From: an uncultured Gammaproteobacteria bacterium
GTDB taxonomy: Bacteria > Patescibacteriota > Microgenomatia > Daviesbacterales > UBA10151
DNA length: 64,000 bases
Direction of reading: 5' to 3'
NCBI GenBank assembly: GCA_964396715.1
Contig: CAYNFQ010000002.1
Span: 2,234-66,233 of the forward strand
Numbering within the stretch: the first letter of the stretch is position 1; each line of letters opens with the position of its first letter. The position numbers and the translations under genes are program-made. Positions 54,824 to 63,217 of this stretch are shown piece by piece. The notes under the pieces were generated by a model. The model worked only from the letters and a program-made list of their open reading frames with translations, was not told the origin of the DNA and did not search any database.

Positions 54824-55451
54824 CCAATTTGTATCTCGTGGTGGGGAGAAGCTTCAGGCAGCAATTGAAAATTGGAAGCTAAATTTGGAAAATTTGACTT
54901 GTTTGGATGTGGGTTCCTCTACTGGCGGATTTGTGGATTGCCTTTTGCAAAATGGGGCCAAAAAAGTTTATGCCCTGGATACTGCATATGGGGAATTAGC
55001 CTGGAAACTTCGCAATGATGAAAGAGTGGTAGTAATGGAGCGAGTCAATATCCTGCATCTTGAAAGCCTTCCTTCTTCCGTCATGGCGAGGAGTATAGCG
55101 ACGAAGCAATCTAGAAAAGAGATTACCACGCTTCCTGTGGTCGCTCGCAATGACAATGTGAGAGTGGACTTAATTACTATAGATGCTGGCTGGACAAAAT
55201 TAGAGTTGGTTTTACCTGTTGTAAAAAAGTTTTTAAAGCCAGGTGGCACAATTATTGCATTAGTTAAACCGCACTATGAAGCTGATAAGAAGTTGCTGGT
55301 AAAAGGGGTTTTGACTCCAGAAATTGCAGAACAAGTTAAAAATGAGGTTTTGAAATGGTTACAGGTTTTAGGTTTTAGGTTACAGGGTGAAATGGAATCT
55401 CCGATTTTAGGTGGGGGAGGGAATAAGGAATATTTACTTCTAATTAGCTAG
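54813..55451 (+). CDS. tlyA: TlyA-family RNA methyltransferase (no S4 domain) with an in-frame palindromic insertion
   Basis: FVSRGGEKL, LDVGSSTGGF, LVKPHYE and SPILGGGGNKEY motifs. Confidence 0.88.
   Translation: MASDQFVSRGGEKLQAAIENWKLNLENLTCLDVGSSTGGFVDCLLQNGAKKVYALDTAYGELAWKLRNDERVVVMERVNILHLESLPSSVMARSIATKQSRKEITTLPVVARNDNVRVDLITIDAGWTKLELVLPVVKKFLKPGGTIIALVKPHYEADKKLLVKGVLTPEIAEQVKNEVLKWLQVLGFRLQGEMESPILGGGGNKEYLLLIS
55080..55154. repeat. RPE-like palindromic element in-frame in tlyA
   Basis: GTCATGGCGAGG..GACGAAGCAATCT..AGATTACCACG..CTCGCAATGAC; 75 bp. Confidence 0.88.
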
Positions 55452-55538
55452 CGGAGAGGGAGGGATTTGAACCCTCGATACCCTTGCGGATATGCGATCT
55501 TTCCAAGATCGTGCACTAGGCCACTATGCGACCTCTCC
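55452..55538 (-). tRNA. tRNA-Ser(GGA)
   Basis: Reverse complement has GGAGAGG/CCTCTCC acceptor, CGATC-TTGGAAA-GATCG arm and long variable arm. Confidence 0.93.
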
Positions 55539-55619
55539 AGGTTTCCATATTATACCAATCCAAGGCTTGACAAGCTAGAATGCATATATTAGTATGTACA
55601 TACCAAAGATGTACTAGAT

Positions 55620-55910
55620 ATGCCAAAAAAGAAACAGCGTTTTGAATGGGACTTTGGAAATGTAGCGCATTTATGGGAGCGGCATCAGGTTCGACCGTTT
55701 GAGGCGGAAGAAGCAATGAAAGACCCTAATGCCATCAAAGGCCCGGATGAACCTCATTCCCAAATTGAAGCCCGTTTTTCAGTAATTGGTAAAACGCGAA
55801 AATCAAGAATACTCTTTTTGGTATTTACTACCAGATTCGGCCGTATAAGGATACTTCATGCACGGGACGTAAAACGAAAGGAGGTAAAAATTTATAAGCA
55901 AAGCTTGTAA
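55620..55910 (+). CDS. BrnT-family toxin
   Basis: FEWDFGN..HQVRPFEAEE..HSQIEARF..RIRILHARD; TTGACA-N17-TAGTAT promoter at 55567. Confidence 0.9.
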   Translation: MPKKKQRFEWDFGNVAHLWERHQVRPFEAEEAMKDPNAIKGPDEPHSQIEARFSVIGKTRKSRILFLVFTTRFGRIRILHARDVKRKEVKIYKQSL

Positions 55911-55919
55911 ATAAGATTT

Positions 55920-56189
55920 ATGAAGAAAAAATTAATAGTACCTAAATTTAAAACTGAAGAAAAGGAGCATCAATTCTGGATGGAGATCGACCTGTCTGAT
56001 TATTTTGCTTCATCCGATTTTAAACATTTTGATTTGGAACAATTTCTAAAAGTTCATGGTGAGCAAAAAACAACCAGGGTAACGATGCGCATACCAACAA
56101 AGATTGTTAAACGCTATAAAGAGAGAGCTTCTGAACTTGATGTGCCATATCAAAGTTTGATGAAGCAACAACTGGCAAAAGGTATATAA
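55920..56189 (+). CDS. BrnA/CopG-like antitoxin
   Basis: PKFKTEEKEHQFW..VTMRIP..VPYQSLMK. Confidence 0.88.
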   Translation: MKKKLIVPKFKTEEKEHQFWMEIDLSDYFASSDFKHFDLEQFLKVHGEQKTTRVTMRIPTKIVKRYKERASELDVPYQSLMKQQLAKGI

Positions 56190-56314
56190 AAAGTTTTCAA
56201 CCAGCAGGATTTTGGTCTGGAGTTGTTTTCGGGATCTTTTTGGTGTATTATTTGCCCAGCAATCTCTAGTGGTAACCATTAGCTTGGAACGACTGGATGA
56301 ATTACTGATAAAGA

Positions 56315-58090
56315 ATGGATGACAAAGATTTAATCAAAGAGAAAATTAATATTGTAGATCTGATCTCCGAGTATTTAACCTTAAAAAAATCAGGTATTAA
56401 CTTTAAGGCTAATTGCCCATTCCATAACGAGAAGACCCCGTCATTTGTAGTTTCACCGGAACGTCAAATCTGGCATTGTTTTGGATGTTCCAAGGGCGGC
56501 GACATTTATACCTTTTTAATGGAAAAAGAGGGGATGGAGTTTAAAGAAGCATTAGAGATTTTAGCAAAGAAAGCAGGAATTACCTTAACAAGAATTGAGG
56601 GCAAAAAAGATTTTCGGGATAGGCTATTTGAGATTAACCTGAAAGCCCAGGAATTTTTTCACTACATTTTAACCAAACACCCTTTAGGTAAAAGAGCCTT
56701 AAAATATTTGCAAGATAGGGGAGTGTCAGATTCTGCTGTTGAAGAATTCTGTCTAGGTTATGCCCCCAATTCCTGGGAGTCTTTGACAAAATTTTTACTC
56801 AAAAGACACTTTACCTTGAAGGAGATTATCGATTCTGGTTTAGGGGTGCCTGCAAAATCAGGCTGTTATGACAGATTCAGAGGCAGGATAACATACCCTT
56901 TAATTGATGGAAAAGAAAAATTAAGGGGTTTTTCCGGCAGGGTTTTGACCCACCAAGAGCCAAAATATATCAATACTCCCCAAACCCCCATTTTCGACAA
57001 AGGCAGTTTCCTTTTTGGCATGAATTTGGCAAGAGGAGAAATCAGGAATAAAAAGGAAGCTGTTTTGGTGGAGGGTGAGATGGATGTAATTTTATCCCAT
57101 CAGGCGGGCTTTAAAAACGTGGTTGCCTCAAAAGGTACTGCTCTAACAGAGGGTCAAATAGAACTGATTAAAAAATACACTCCAACTATCACCTTGGGAT
57201 TTGATATGGATTTGGCAGGAGATAGTGCCTGCCGGAGGGGTATTGAGATGGCAGATAAAGCAGGGTTGGATATAAAAGTTATTCAACTGATGGGCGGAAA
57301 AGATGCGGCTGATGCGGTACTGGAGGATGTGCAGGTTTGGCAAAAAGCCATAGAGGGGGCTGTACCGATTTATGATTATTATCTGGTATCCGTATCCAAA
57401 AGATTGGACAGCAAAAATCCGCAAGATCTGAAAAAAATCGGAGAAGAACTGATACCTGTTTGGGCAAAAATTACCAATGATTTGGTTCGTGAGCACTATA
57501 TTCAAAAGTTATCGGCATTTTTAAAAACCGATGAAAAAATAATCAGGGAAAATATTGATCAGACAAGAAAGGCGGGAATAAGCACTTTTACTCAGGTATT
57601 AAAACAGCATCCTGCTCAGGATAATGTGGTAGCTGTCAAAAACAGACGGGAGCTTTTGGAAGATTATCTAATAGCCCTCCTGCTTCATCCGCCTGCCGGA
57701 CTTAACTTTGTACCTAACTTTCCTGAAACGCTCTTTTTAAGAGAATACTTCAGACAGATTTATGTGCTGCTGTTTTTATATTTGGACTCAATATCGTTCA
57801 AAAGCCAGTCTTTTAATATTAATGAGTTTATTAAGGAATTGCCGAAAGAGTTACTTTCAGAAGTTGACAGGTTGTATTTAACGGAAATTGACAGTAAACT
57901 TCTCGATGGTAAACTTTGGCAGCAAGAGATAGAAAGTGTGGTTTCCGAACTTAAGAAAGCTTTAATCAAAGCTTCTTTGGAAAAACTCTCTTTGGAGATT
58001 AAAAATGCCCAGGAGTTTGGTAAGATGGAAGTGGTGGAGTCTTTGAACAAAAGATTTAGGGATTTATCAGTGAAGCTCAAGAATTTATAA
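56315..58090 (+). CDS. dnaG: DNA primase
   Basis: CPFHNEKTPSF..HCFGC zinc finger; DRFRGR, KYINTP, VEGEMDV and FDMDLAG motifs. Confidence 0.98.
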   Translation: MDDKDLIKEKINIVDLISEYLTLKKSGINFKANCPFHNEKTPSFVVSPERQIWHCFGCSKGGDIYTFLMEKEGMEFKEALEILAKKAGITLTRIEGKKDFRDRLFEINLKAQEFFHYILTKHPLGKRALKYLQDRGVSDSAVEEFCLGYAPNSWESLTKFLLKRHFTLKEIIDSGLGVPAKSGCYDRFRGRITYPLIDGKEKLRGFSGRVLTHQEPKYINTPQTPIFDKGSFLFGMNLARGEIRNKKEAVLVEGEMDVILSHQAGFKNVVASKGTALTEGQIELIKKYTPTITLGFDMDLAGDSACRRGIEMADKAGLDIKVIQLMGGKDAADAVLEDVQVWQKAIEGAVPIYDYYLVSVSKRLDSKNPQDLKKIGEELIPVWAKITNDLVREHYIQKLSAFLKTDEKIIRENIDQTRKAGISTFTQVLKQHPAQDNVVAVKNRRELLEDYLIALLLHPPAGLNFVPNFPETLFLREYFRQIYVLLFLYLDSISFKSQSFNINEFIKELPKELLSEVDRLYLTEIDSKLLDGKLWQQEIESVVSELKKALIKASLEKLSLEIKNAQEFGKMEVVESLNKRFRDLSVKLKNL

Positions 58091-58163
58091 GGTAACAGGT
58101 AACTAGTGACAAGTAACAAGTTATAAATACTTGTGCCTGGTTACCTTTACTGTACTTGTTACT
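58091..58163. repeat. 7-bp-periodic hairpin (GTAACAA/TTGTTAC type) between dnaG and rpoD
   Basis: ggtaacaggtaactagtgacaagtaacaagt...acttgtgcctggttacc..cttgttact. Confidence 0.8.
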
Positions 58164-58170
58164 AACCATT

Positions 58171-59262
58171 ATGGCTAAACACAAGAAAGAAGTACAACTG
58201 GATGCTAAAAAATTATTAAAACTCGGTCAGGAACGGGGTTTCATTACCCAGGAGGAAATTTTGCAAATTTTCCCCAAGCCTGAAGAGGAAATTGAGAGTT
58301 TAGATGAATTCTATATTAAATTGATCAATGAAAACATTGATGTTTTTGAAACAACAGCAGAGGAGCTGGATGCCGATTCTAAAACCGCCACAGAGCTGGA
58401 GAAAGAATTGGAGCTGTTGTCCACTTTGGAAGAAGGCTCAGTGACAGATCCGGTCAGGCAATATTTGCGGGATATTGGCAAAATTCCTCTGCTAACAGCT
58501 ACTGATGAGATAGAATTGGCCAAAAAAGCGGAAAAAGGGGAGAAAAAAGCCAGAGACAGATTAACCTCTGCCAATTTGAGGCTGGTTGTCTCCATTGCCA
58601 AAAAATATGTCGGACGCGGCATGAGTCTTTTGGATTTGATTGAGGAGGGGAATATCGGGTTGATGAGGGCGGTTGATAAATACGACTGGAGAAGAGGCTA
58701 TAAATTCTCCACCTATGCCACCTGGTGGATTAGACAGGCTATCACCAGGGCCATTGCAGACCAGGCCAGGACCATCAGGATTCCGGTTCACATGGTGGAA
58801 ACCATCAACCGTTTTAATAGGACGCAAAGGAGGCTGATGCAGGAATTGGGTAGGGAACCGGCCCCTGAGGAGGTTGCCAAAGCTTTGGAAATTGACCCCA
58901 GCAAAGCCCGTGAGATTATCAAAGTTTCCCAAGAACCTACTTCTTTGGAAACGCCAGTGGGGGATGAGGAGGATTCTCATTTAGGGGATTTTATTGCTGA
59001 CCAGGGTTTACAGCCGGATGAGCAGGCCACTCGTGAGCTTTTAAAAATTCATTTAGATGAGGTGTTGGATTCGCTTTCCCCCAGGGAAAAAAGAGTGCTG
59101 CAGCTAAGATTTGGTTTGGAGGATGGGAAACAAAGGACATTGGAGGAGGTGGGGAAAGAGTTTGGGGTTACCAGGGAAAGAATCAGACAAATTGAGGCCA
59201 AAGCCATCAGGAAATTAAAGCACCCCACCAGGGCCAAAAAACTGCGGGACTACTTAGAATAA
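58171..59262 (+). CDS. rpoD: RNA polymerase primary sigma factor
   Basis: [48 protein letters not shown] and TRERIRQIE; ATG at 58171. Confidence 0.98.
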   Translation: MAKHKKEVQLDAKKLLKLGQERGFITQEEILQIFPKPEEEIESLDEFYIKLINENIDVFETTAEELDADSKTATELEKELELLSTLEEGSVTDPVRQYLRDIGKIPLLTATDEIELAKKAEKGEKKARDRLTSANLRLVVSIAKKYVGRGMSLLDLIEEGNIGLMRAVDKYDWRRGYKFSTYATWWIRQAITRAIADQARTIRIPVHMVETINRFNRTQRRLMQELGREPAPEEVAKALEIDPSKAREIIKVSQEPTSLETPVGDEEDSHLGDFIADQGLQPDEQATRELLKIHLDEVLDSLSPREKRVLQLRFGLEDGKQRTLEEVGKEFGVTRERIRQIEAKAIRKLKHPTRAKKLRDYLE

Positions 59263-59282
59263 TGTAAAATGTACAATGTAGA

Positions 59283-59648
59283 ATGTACAAAGAAGCTCCA
59301 ATTTATCACATCCGAGAGCGAAGCCTAAAATTCAGTATTCGAATAGTTCAACTAGTACGAACTTTCCCAAAAGACACTTCAGGATTCGCTATTGGCAATC
59401 AAATTATCAGGTCTGGAACAAGCGTGGGTGCAAATATAGAAGAGGCTCAAAACTGTGGATCTAAAAAGGAATTTATCCATACCATGACGATTGCTTTAAA
59501 AGAAGCTAGGGAAACAGAATATTGGCTTAAAATTACAAATGAGGTAAAATTAACCGATAAAGATTTGGTAAGTAACTTACTTTTAGAAGTAAACGAACTT
59601 ATCAAAATCTTAACTTCGATTATTAAGAAGTCAAAACTTAATAGTTGA
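59283..59648 (+). CDS. Four helix bundle protein (TIGR02436 family)
   Basis: QIIRSGTSVGANIEEA..KEARETEYWL; flanked by AATGTA (59261-59289) and TACATT (59671-59724) heptamer arms. Confidence 0.92.
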   Translation: MYKEAPIYHIRERSLKFSIRIVQLVRTFPKDTSGFAIGNQIIRSGTSVGANIEEAQNCGSKKEFIHTMTIALKEARETEYWLKITNEVKLTDKDLVSNLLLEVNELIKILTSIIKKSKLNS

Positions 59649-59733
59649 TCGCACCTTAAATTTTATTTCTTTGTACAGTTTATATATTGTATTTTTATAC
59701 ATTTTACATTGTAAATTGTACATTGACCTATAT

Positions 59734-59997
59734 TCCCCTGTAGCTCAACGGTAGAGCGGGATCCTGTAAAATATTGCAGCTTCTTCGAAAAATCGGAGTT
59801 GAAAAATTGGGTTAATTGTCGGGAAACCTTTAAAATGGTAATCCGCAGCCAAGGTCCGATGTAATATCGGACAAGGTTCAGAGACTATACGCCTGAAGCC
59901 TAAAGCGAAAGCAATGGTTATGAGATAGTCCAAGTCCTGATGAAAATCGGGAGCACTTGTAAGATCAAGGTTCGTGGTTCGAATCCACGCGGGGGAG
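59734..59997 (+). tRNA. tRNA-Asn(GTT) split by a group I intron (exons 59734-59767 and 59960-59997)
   Basis: TCCCCTG/CGGGGGA acceptor; joined loop CT-GT|T-AA; GGTTCGAATCC T-loop. Confidence 0.88.
59768..59959 (+). ncRNA. Group I intron (192 nt, no ORF)
   Basis: P1 CTGT/GCAG with U.G at the 5' splice site; AATTGTCGGGAA (P), AATCCGCAGC (Q), CAGAGACTA (R), GATAGTCC (S); terminal G. Confidence 0.9.
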
Positions 59998-60023
59998 CTG
60001 AGTGGCACTTAATATACCCAAAA

Positions 60024-61700
60024 TTAGGCAATAGCGGGAATAAGGGAGGGTCTGACTTTCTCTATGTCTTCTCTTATCTGTTGTACTAGTCTAAAATCCT
60101 CAAATGTTTTGATAGTACATGCTAATTGTGCAGTTGTATTAAAGTTATGATTCTCGGCACTTGTTACACCAAGGTGAGCCTCATTAAGAACCTGAAGTGC
60201 CGGTGTATATTCAACTTCCACGATTTTCTTGTCTTTTGCCCATATCTTTTGAAAGAAGAAGTGCAGGTAGGCCCTTTTATGGTCTATATCAGCTTTAGCA
60301 TAGCTTCTAGCGATATTTCTAGTTAATTCCAATACGTCATTTACTACCGATATATCAACTGTTCTTATCTTCTCTACCTCTGCTAATTCCTTTTGAATAG
60401 CAAGCATTTCTGCATCTAATTTAGCATTAAGCCTTAGCAGTAATTCAGCAGGTATCTTGTTATTACCATAATCGGTTTCTATCTTTTCTTTTCTCATTTC
60501 AATAGCATCGCGCCTGTTACAGATACCCTTTCTGAAAACTTTTACTCTCTCAATACTGTCTGTATAAACCTCATTTATGTATTTATTAACTGCATCAATG
60601 AAATCTTGCTTAAATTCCAGTTTTTCAACTTGATCCTGTACTTGCTGTTCGAGATCAGTTAGCAATACATACCTTGAGGGACACTTGCCACGTTTCCCAG
60701 TTTGACTGCAGTGGTACATTCCAATTCGGCCATTACCTGTTTTATATTTTTCGTGATAGTGCCATTCAGCCACATACCTGCGACCACAGTCTTTACAAAA
60801 TACAATTCCCCTAAGCAGAAAGTTGTGTTTTCTTTTTCTCAATCCAAAAGCACCCTTTTCATCCAGGATTTTCTGTACTAAATCAAAAGTTTCTTTATCA
60901 ATTATTGGCTCATGCTTACCCATACCCTCCAAACCTCCATGATGCATCCAACCCCAATGAAATTTGTTTCTTAACATTGTGTGAGTAACTGAAAATTGTA
61001 ATGGTCTTCCTTTCTTGCCCAAAACACCATGCTTATTTAGATACTGCCGAATATCGTAAATTGAATAGTTACGAGTTGCATACATTTTAAATGCTTGAGT
61101 AATAAACGGAGCAGAGTTAGGGTCAGGGACTACAATTTTTTTATCATAAGAACCACTTGGGTTAGGATTAAGTATGTTTTTATAGCCTAAAGGAGCAACG
61201 GAAGGATAATAACCTGCTTTGAATTTCTCTGCGGCTGTTTGTTTGACTTTGAAGCTGGTCATTCGTGGATGCAGGGCATTTACGACCGCCATCATTTCAT
61301 CCATTGTCTGGCTTATTGGATCGTCATCAACTATTCCTGTGAGGGGAATGACTTTAACTCCGAATTTTTTCAACTCACTTTTGATATATAGGTATTCGAA
61401 AGTATTGCGGGAGATACGGGAGCTATCTTGAACGATTAAATAGTCAATGTCTTTTTTAGAACACCTAGCTAAAAGAGCTTGGAGTCCTGGCCTATTCATC
61501 GAAGTTCCCGATATGCCATTATCAATGTAACAATCTTCGGCAAGATAACCACCTAAATCTTCTATCTTTTCGAGTATCTTTATCTGCTGGGTTTCAATGC
61601 TTAGATTATCCTTTTGTTCCAACGTAGATACCCGGCAATATGAAAGACAGGCAGGTTTTTTATTGTTTTCGCTGATTGTTTGGTTATCTGATGATCGCAT
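60024..61700 (-). CDS. Large serine recombinase (resolvase + recombinase + Zn ribbon)
   Basis: YCRVST, DNGISG..RPGLQ, DSSRISRN, PLGY, HEPII and CKDCG motifs; coiled-coil region. Confidence 0.93.
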   Translation of the reverse strand: MRSSDNQTISENNKKPACLSYCRVSTLEQKDNLSIETQQIKILEKIEDLGGYLAEDCYIDNGISGTSMNRPGLQALLARCSKKDIDYLIVQDSSRISRNTFEYLYIKSELKKFGVKVIPLTGIVDDDPISQTMDEMMAVVNALHPRMTSFKVKQTAAEKFKAGYYPSVAPLGYKNILNPNPSGSYDKKIVVPDPNSAPFITQAFKMYATRNYSIYDIRQYLNKHGVLGKKGRPLQFSVTHTMLRNKFHWGWMHHGGLEGMGKHEPIIDKETFDLVQKILDEKGAFGLRKRKHNFLLRGIVFCKDCGRRYVAEWHYHEKYKTGNGRIGMYHCSQTGKRGKCPSRYVLLTDLEQQVQDQVEKLEFKQDFIDAVNKYINEVYTDSIERVKVFRKGICNRRDAIEMRKEKIETDYGNNKIPAELLLRLNAKLDAEMLAIQKELAEVEKIRTVDISVVNDVLELTRNIARSYAKADIDHKRAYLHFFFQKIWAKDKKIVEVEYTPALQVLNEAHLGVTSAENHNFNTTAQLACTIKTFEDFRLVQQIREDIEKVRPSLIPAIA

Positions 61701-61751
61701 AGTTTAATGATTTATTAGTGATCTATATCTATATTTTCAATGGTTTTAGGT

Positions 61752-62030
61752 TCAATGGCACCGATCAATTCCTGTTAATTGTGCTTCTTGCATCTGGTTG
61801 AGCAATAGCTCACACCAAGCCTTAGCCAACTTTTCTACTTCTTTATTAGCTTGACCGGGGGTAGTATCTTTCCTTTGAACCAACTTTCTATCTAGCCCAT
61901 TTCCTTTTATGGAATTATTAGTTCTTGATGATATCTCTCCTTTTGATATTGAGGCACCCGACAAAAGAGCCAGCCGATCCATCTGATTTTTTAAGATTGA
62001 TTTGTTTGGCTGGCTCCTTCGGGTATTCAT
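61752..62030 (-). CDS. Hypothetical protein
   Basis: 92-aa ORF directly upstream of the recombinase. Confidence 0.5.
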   Translation of the reverse strand: MNTRRSQPNKSILKNQMDRLALLSGASISKGEISSRTNNSIKGNGLDRKLVQRKDTTPGQANKEVEKLAKAWCELLLNQMQEAQLTGIDRCH

Positions 62031-62032
62031 AG

Positions 62033-62212
62033 TTATTGAAGGACTAATACTTTCCCTTCGAATTCACTTGAATCCAGAAAGTTATCTCCCTGTGATCTAA
62101 CGATGCTATTGTCTGCAAGATAAAAGACATCACCAATAAACCACGTTTTCCCGCCATCCTCAGTGTATAAAGAACACTTTAGTTTCATATCGTCGGGTAA
62201 ATTTTTATTCAC
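62033..62212 (-). CDS. Hypothetical 59-aa protein (not in ORF track)
   Basis: GGAGG SD and GTG start; (M)NKNLPDDMKLKCSLYTEDGGKTWFIGD...VLQ fills the gap between neighbours. Confidence 0.5.
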   Translation of the reverse strand: MNKNLPDDMKLKCSLYTEDGGKTWFIGDVFYLADNSIVRSQGDNFLDSSEFEGKVLVLQ

Positions 62213-62513
62213 TTTTGTCCACCTCCCTTCTTTGGGGATTTGAAATCATAAGGGCGGTATTCAATTCATTCCCATTACTATTAACTTTTAAATTAGAGTC
62301 TTGAACTTCGAAGCTAAATGAGTCTTTAATACTCTTTATTTGATTATTTGTATTCCTAGTAAAAATGGTTAAAAACTGATACTTTTCTTTTAATTTTCTA
62401 GTTAATCTTAAATAATCATTACTAATACCTAATTCCCTATGTGTACTTATGTATACATAAGTTAAGTAAACATCTAGTCCATATAAGTCAAAGTTAATAT
62501 AAGTGTTGTTCAT
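62205..62513 (-). CDS. Hypothetical protein
   Basis: 102-aa ORF with ATGA coupling. Confidence 0.5.
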   Translation of the reverse strand: MNNTYINFDLYGLDVYLTYVYISTHRELGISNDYLRLTRKLKEKYQFLTIFTRNTNNQIKSIKDSFSFEVQDSNLKVNSNGNELNTALMISNPQRREVDKSE

Positions 62514-62872
62514 ATTGGTAATTCATCAATGTTTAATTCTTCTTCTTTTTCTTTATTTACGGCGGCTTCAATTTTTTTAAATTCGTCAGGATAGTAGTGT
62601 TCTTTAGCGGCTTGAATGAATTCTTGTATTACTTTTTCTTGAAGCTCTTTGTAATCGTTTTCGTTTAAAATGACGACACAGTTCTGAAAACCATTGGATT
62701 TAAGAGATGGCATCGTGAAGAAAAGACCAGTATGACTTTGTTTCCAGAGTATAGGGCAAAATCTAAGCTCGATTTCGTCATTTAAGTTCAGAGTAACTAT
62801 AGCCAAGGGATTTTCGTCAATTCCTTTGAGCTTTATTTTAATTTTTACGGTATCTAGTATTTTCATATTCAT
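62510..62872 (-). CDS. SpoVG-like nucleic-acid-binding protein
   Basis: LAIVTLNLND...GLFFTMPS resembles the SpoVG fold; acidic DELPI tail. Confidence 0.5.
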   Translation of the reverse strand: MNMKILDTVKIKIKLKGIDENPLAIVTLNLNDEIELRFCPILWKQSHTGLFFTMPSLKSNGFQNCVVILNENDYKELQEKVIQEFIQAAKEHYYPDEFKKIEAAVNKEKEEELNIDELPI

Positions 62873-62888
62873 ATTTGATTGGTTACTA

Positions 62889-63137
62889 CTATTTTTGATA
62901 AATGATCTGTTTTAGCCTTTTTTGGGCCGCAAAGAAAGCCATAGGTTCAACCATGGCTTGCATCTGAAAATATTTATCGATAAGTAAACTCAATTCGTTG
63001 GAGGTTTGGTAAACAAAGGTAACTCTGTTATTCTCTTCTCTTACTGTTCCTGTTAAGGGGATATTTTTTGCCAGCAGGTATGCTGCTAAGCAGAAATCTG
63101 ATGTTTTATAATTCTTATCGTTCATTTCCATATTCAT
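62889..63137 (-). CDS. DUF5659-like phage/ICE protein
   Basis: YKTSDFCLAAYL..RVTFVY..VEPMAFFAAQKRLKQII. Confidence 0.6.
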   Translation of the reverse strand: MNMEMNDKNYKTSDFCLAAYLLAKNIPLTGTVREENNRVTFVYQTSNELSLLIDKYFQMQAMVEPMAFFAAQKRLKQIIYQK

Positions 63138-63217
63138 TGAGTTTTTGAATAACTAGCTATATTTTCGCTCAATGCACAGGAAAGATTAATGAAAGTTACA
63201 GGCCTGTAAAATGCACC

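Noticed and set aside
56190-56314. Possible structured leader upstream of dnaG
   Set aside because: Only short, weak complementarity and no recognisable motif
20271-59648. Four-helix-bundle genes as Avd of a diversity-generating retroelement
   Set aside because: No reverse transcriptase in the window, and the duplicated segments do not show adenine-specific mismatches
59745-60008. 87-aa minus-strand ORF as an intron homing endonuclease
   Set aside because: It is antisense to the tRNA and intron and has no LAGLIDADG, HNH or GIY-YIG motif
25-61431. Numerous 60-150-aa ORFs nested in or antisense to well-supported genes (e.g. 25-252, 10613-11017, 11793-12257, 17704-18219, 58561-58980)
   Set aside because: Shadow frames of real genes with no recognisable motifs
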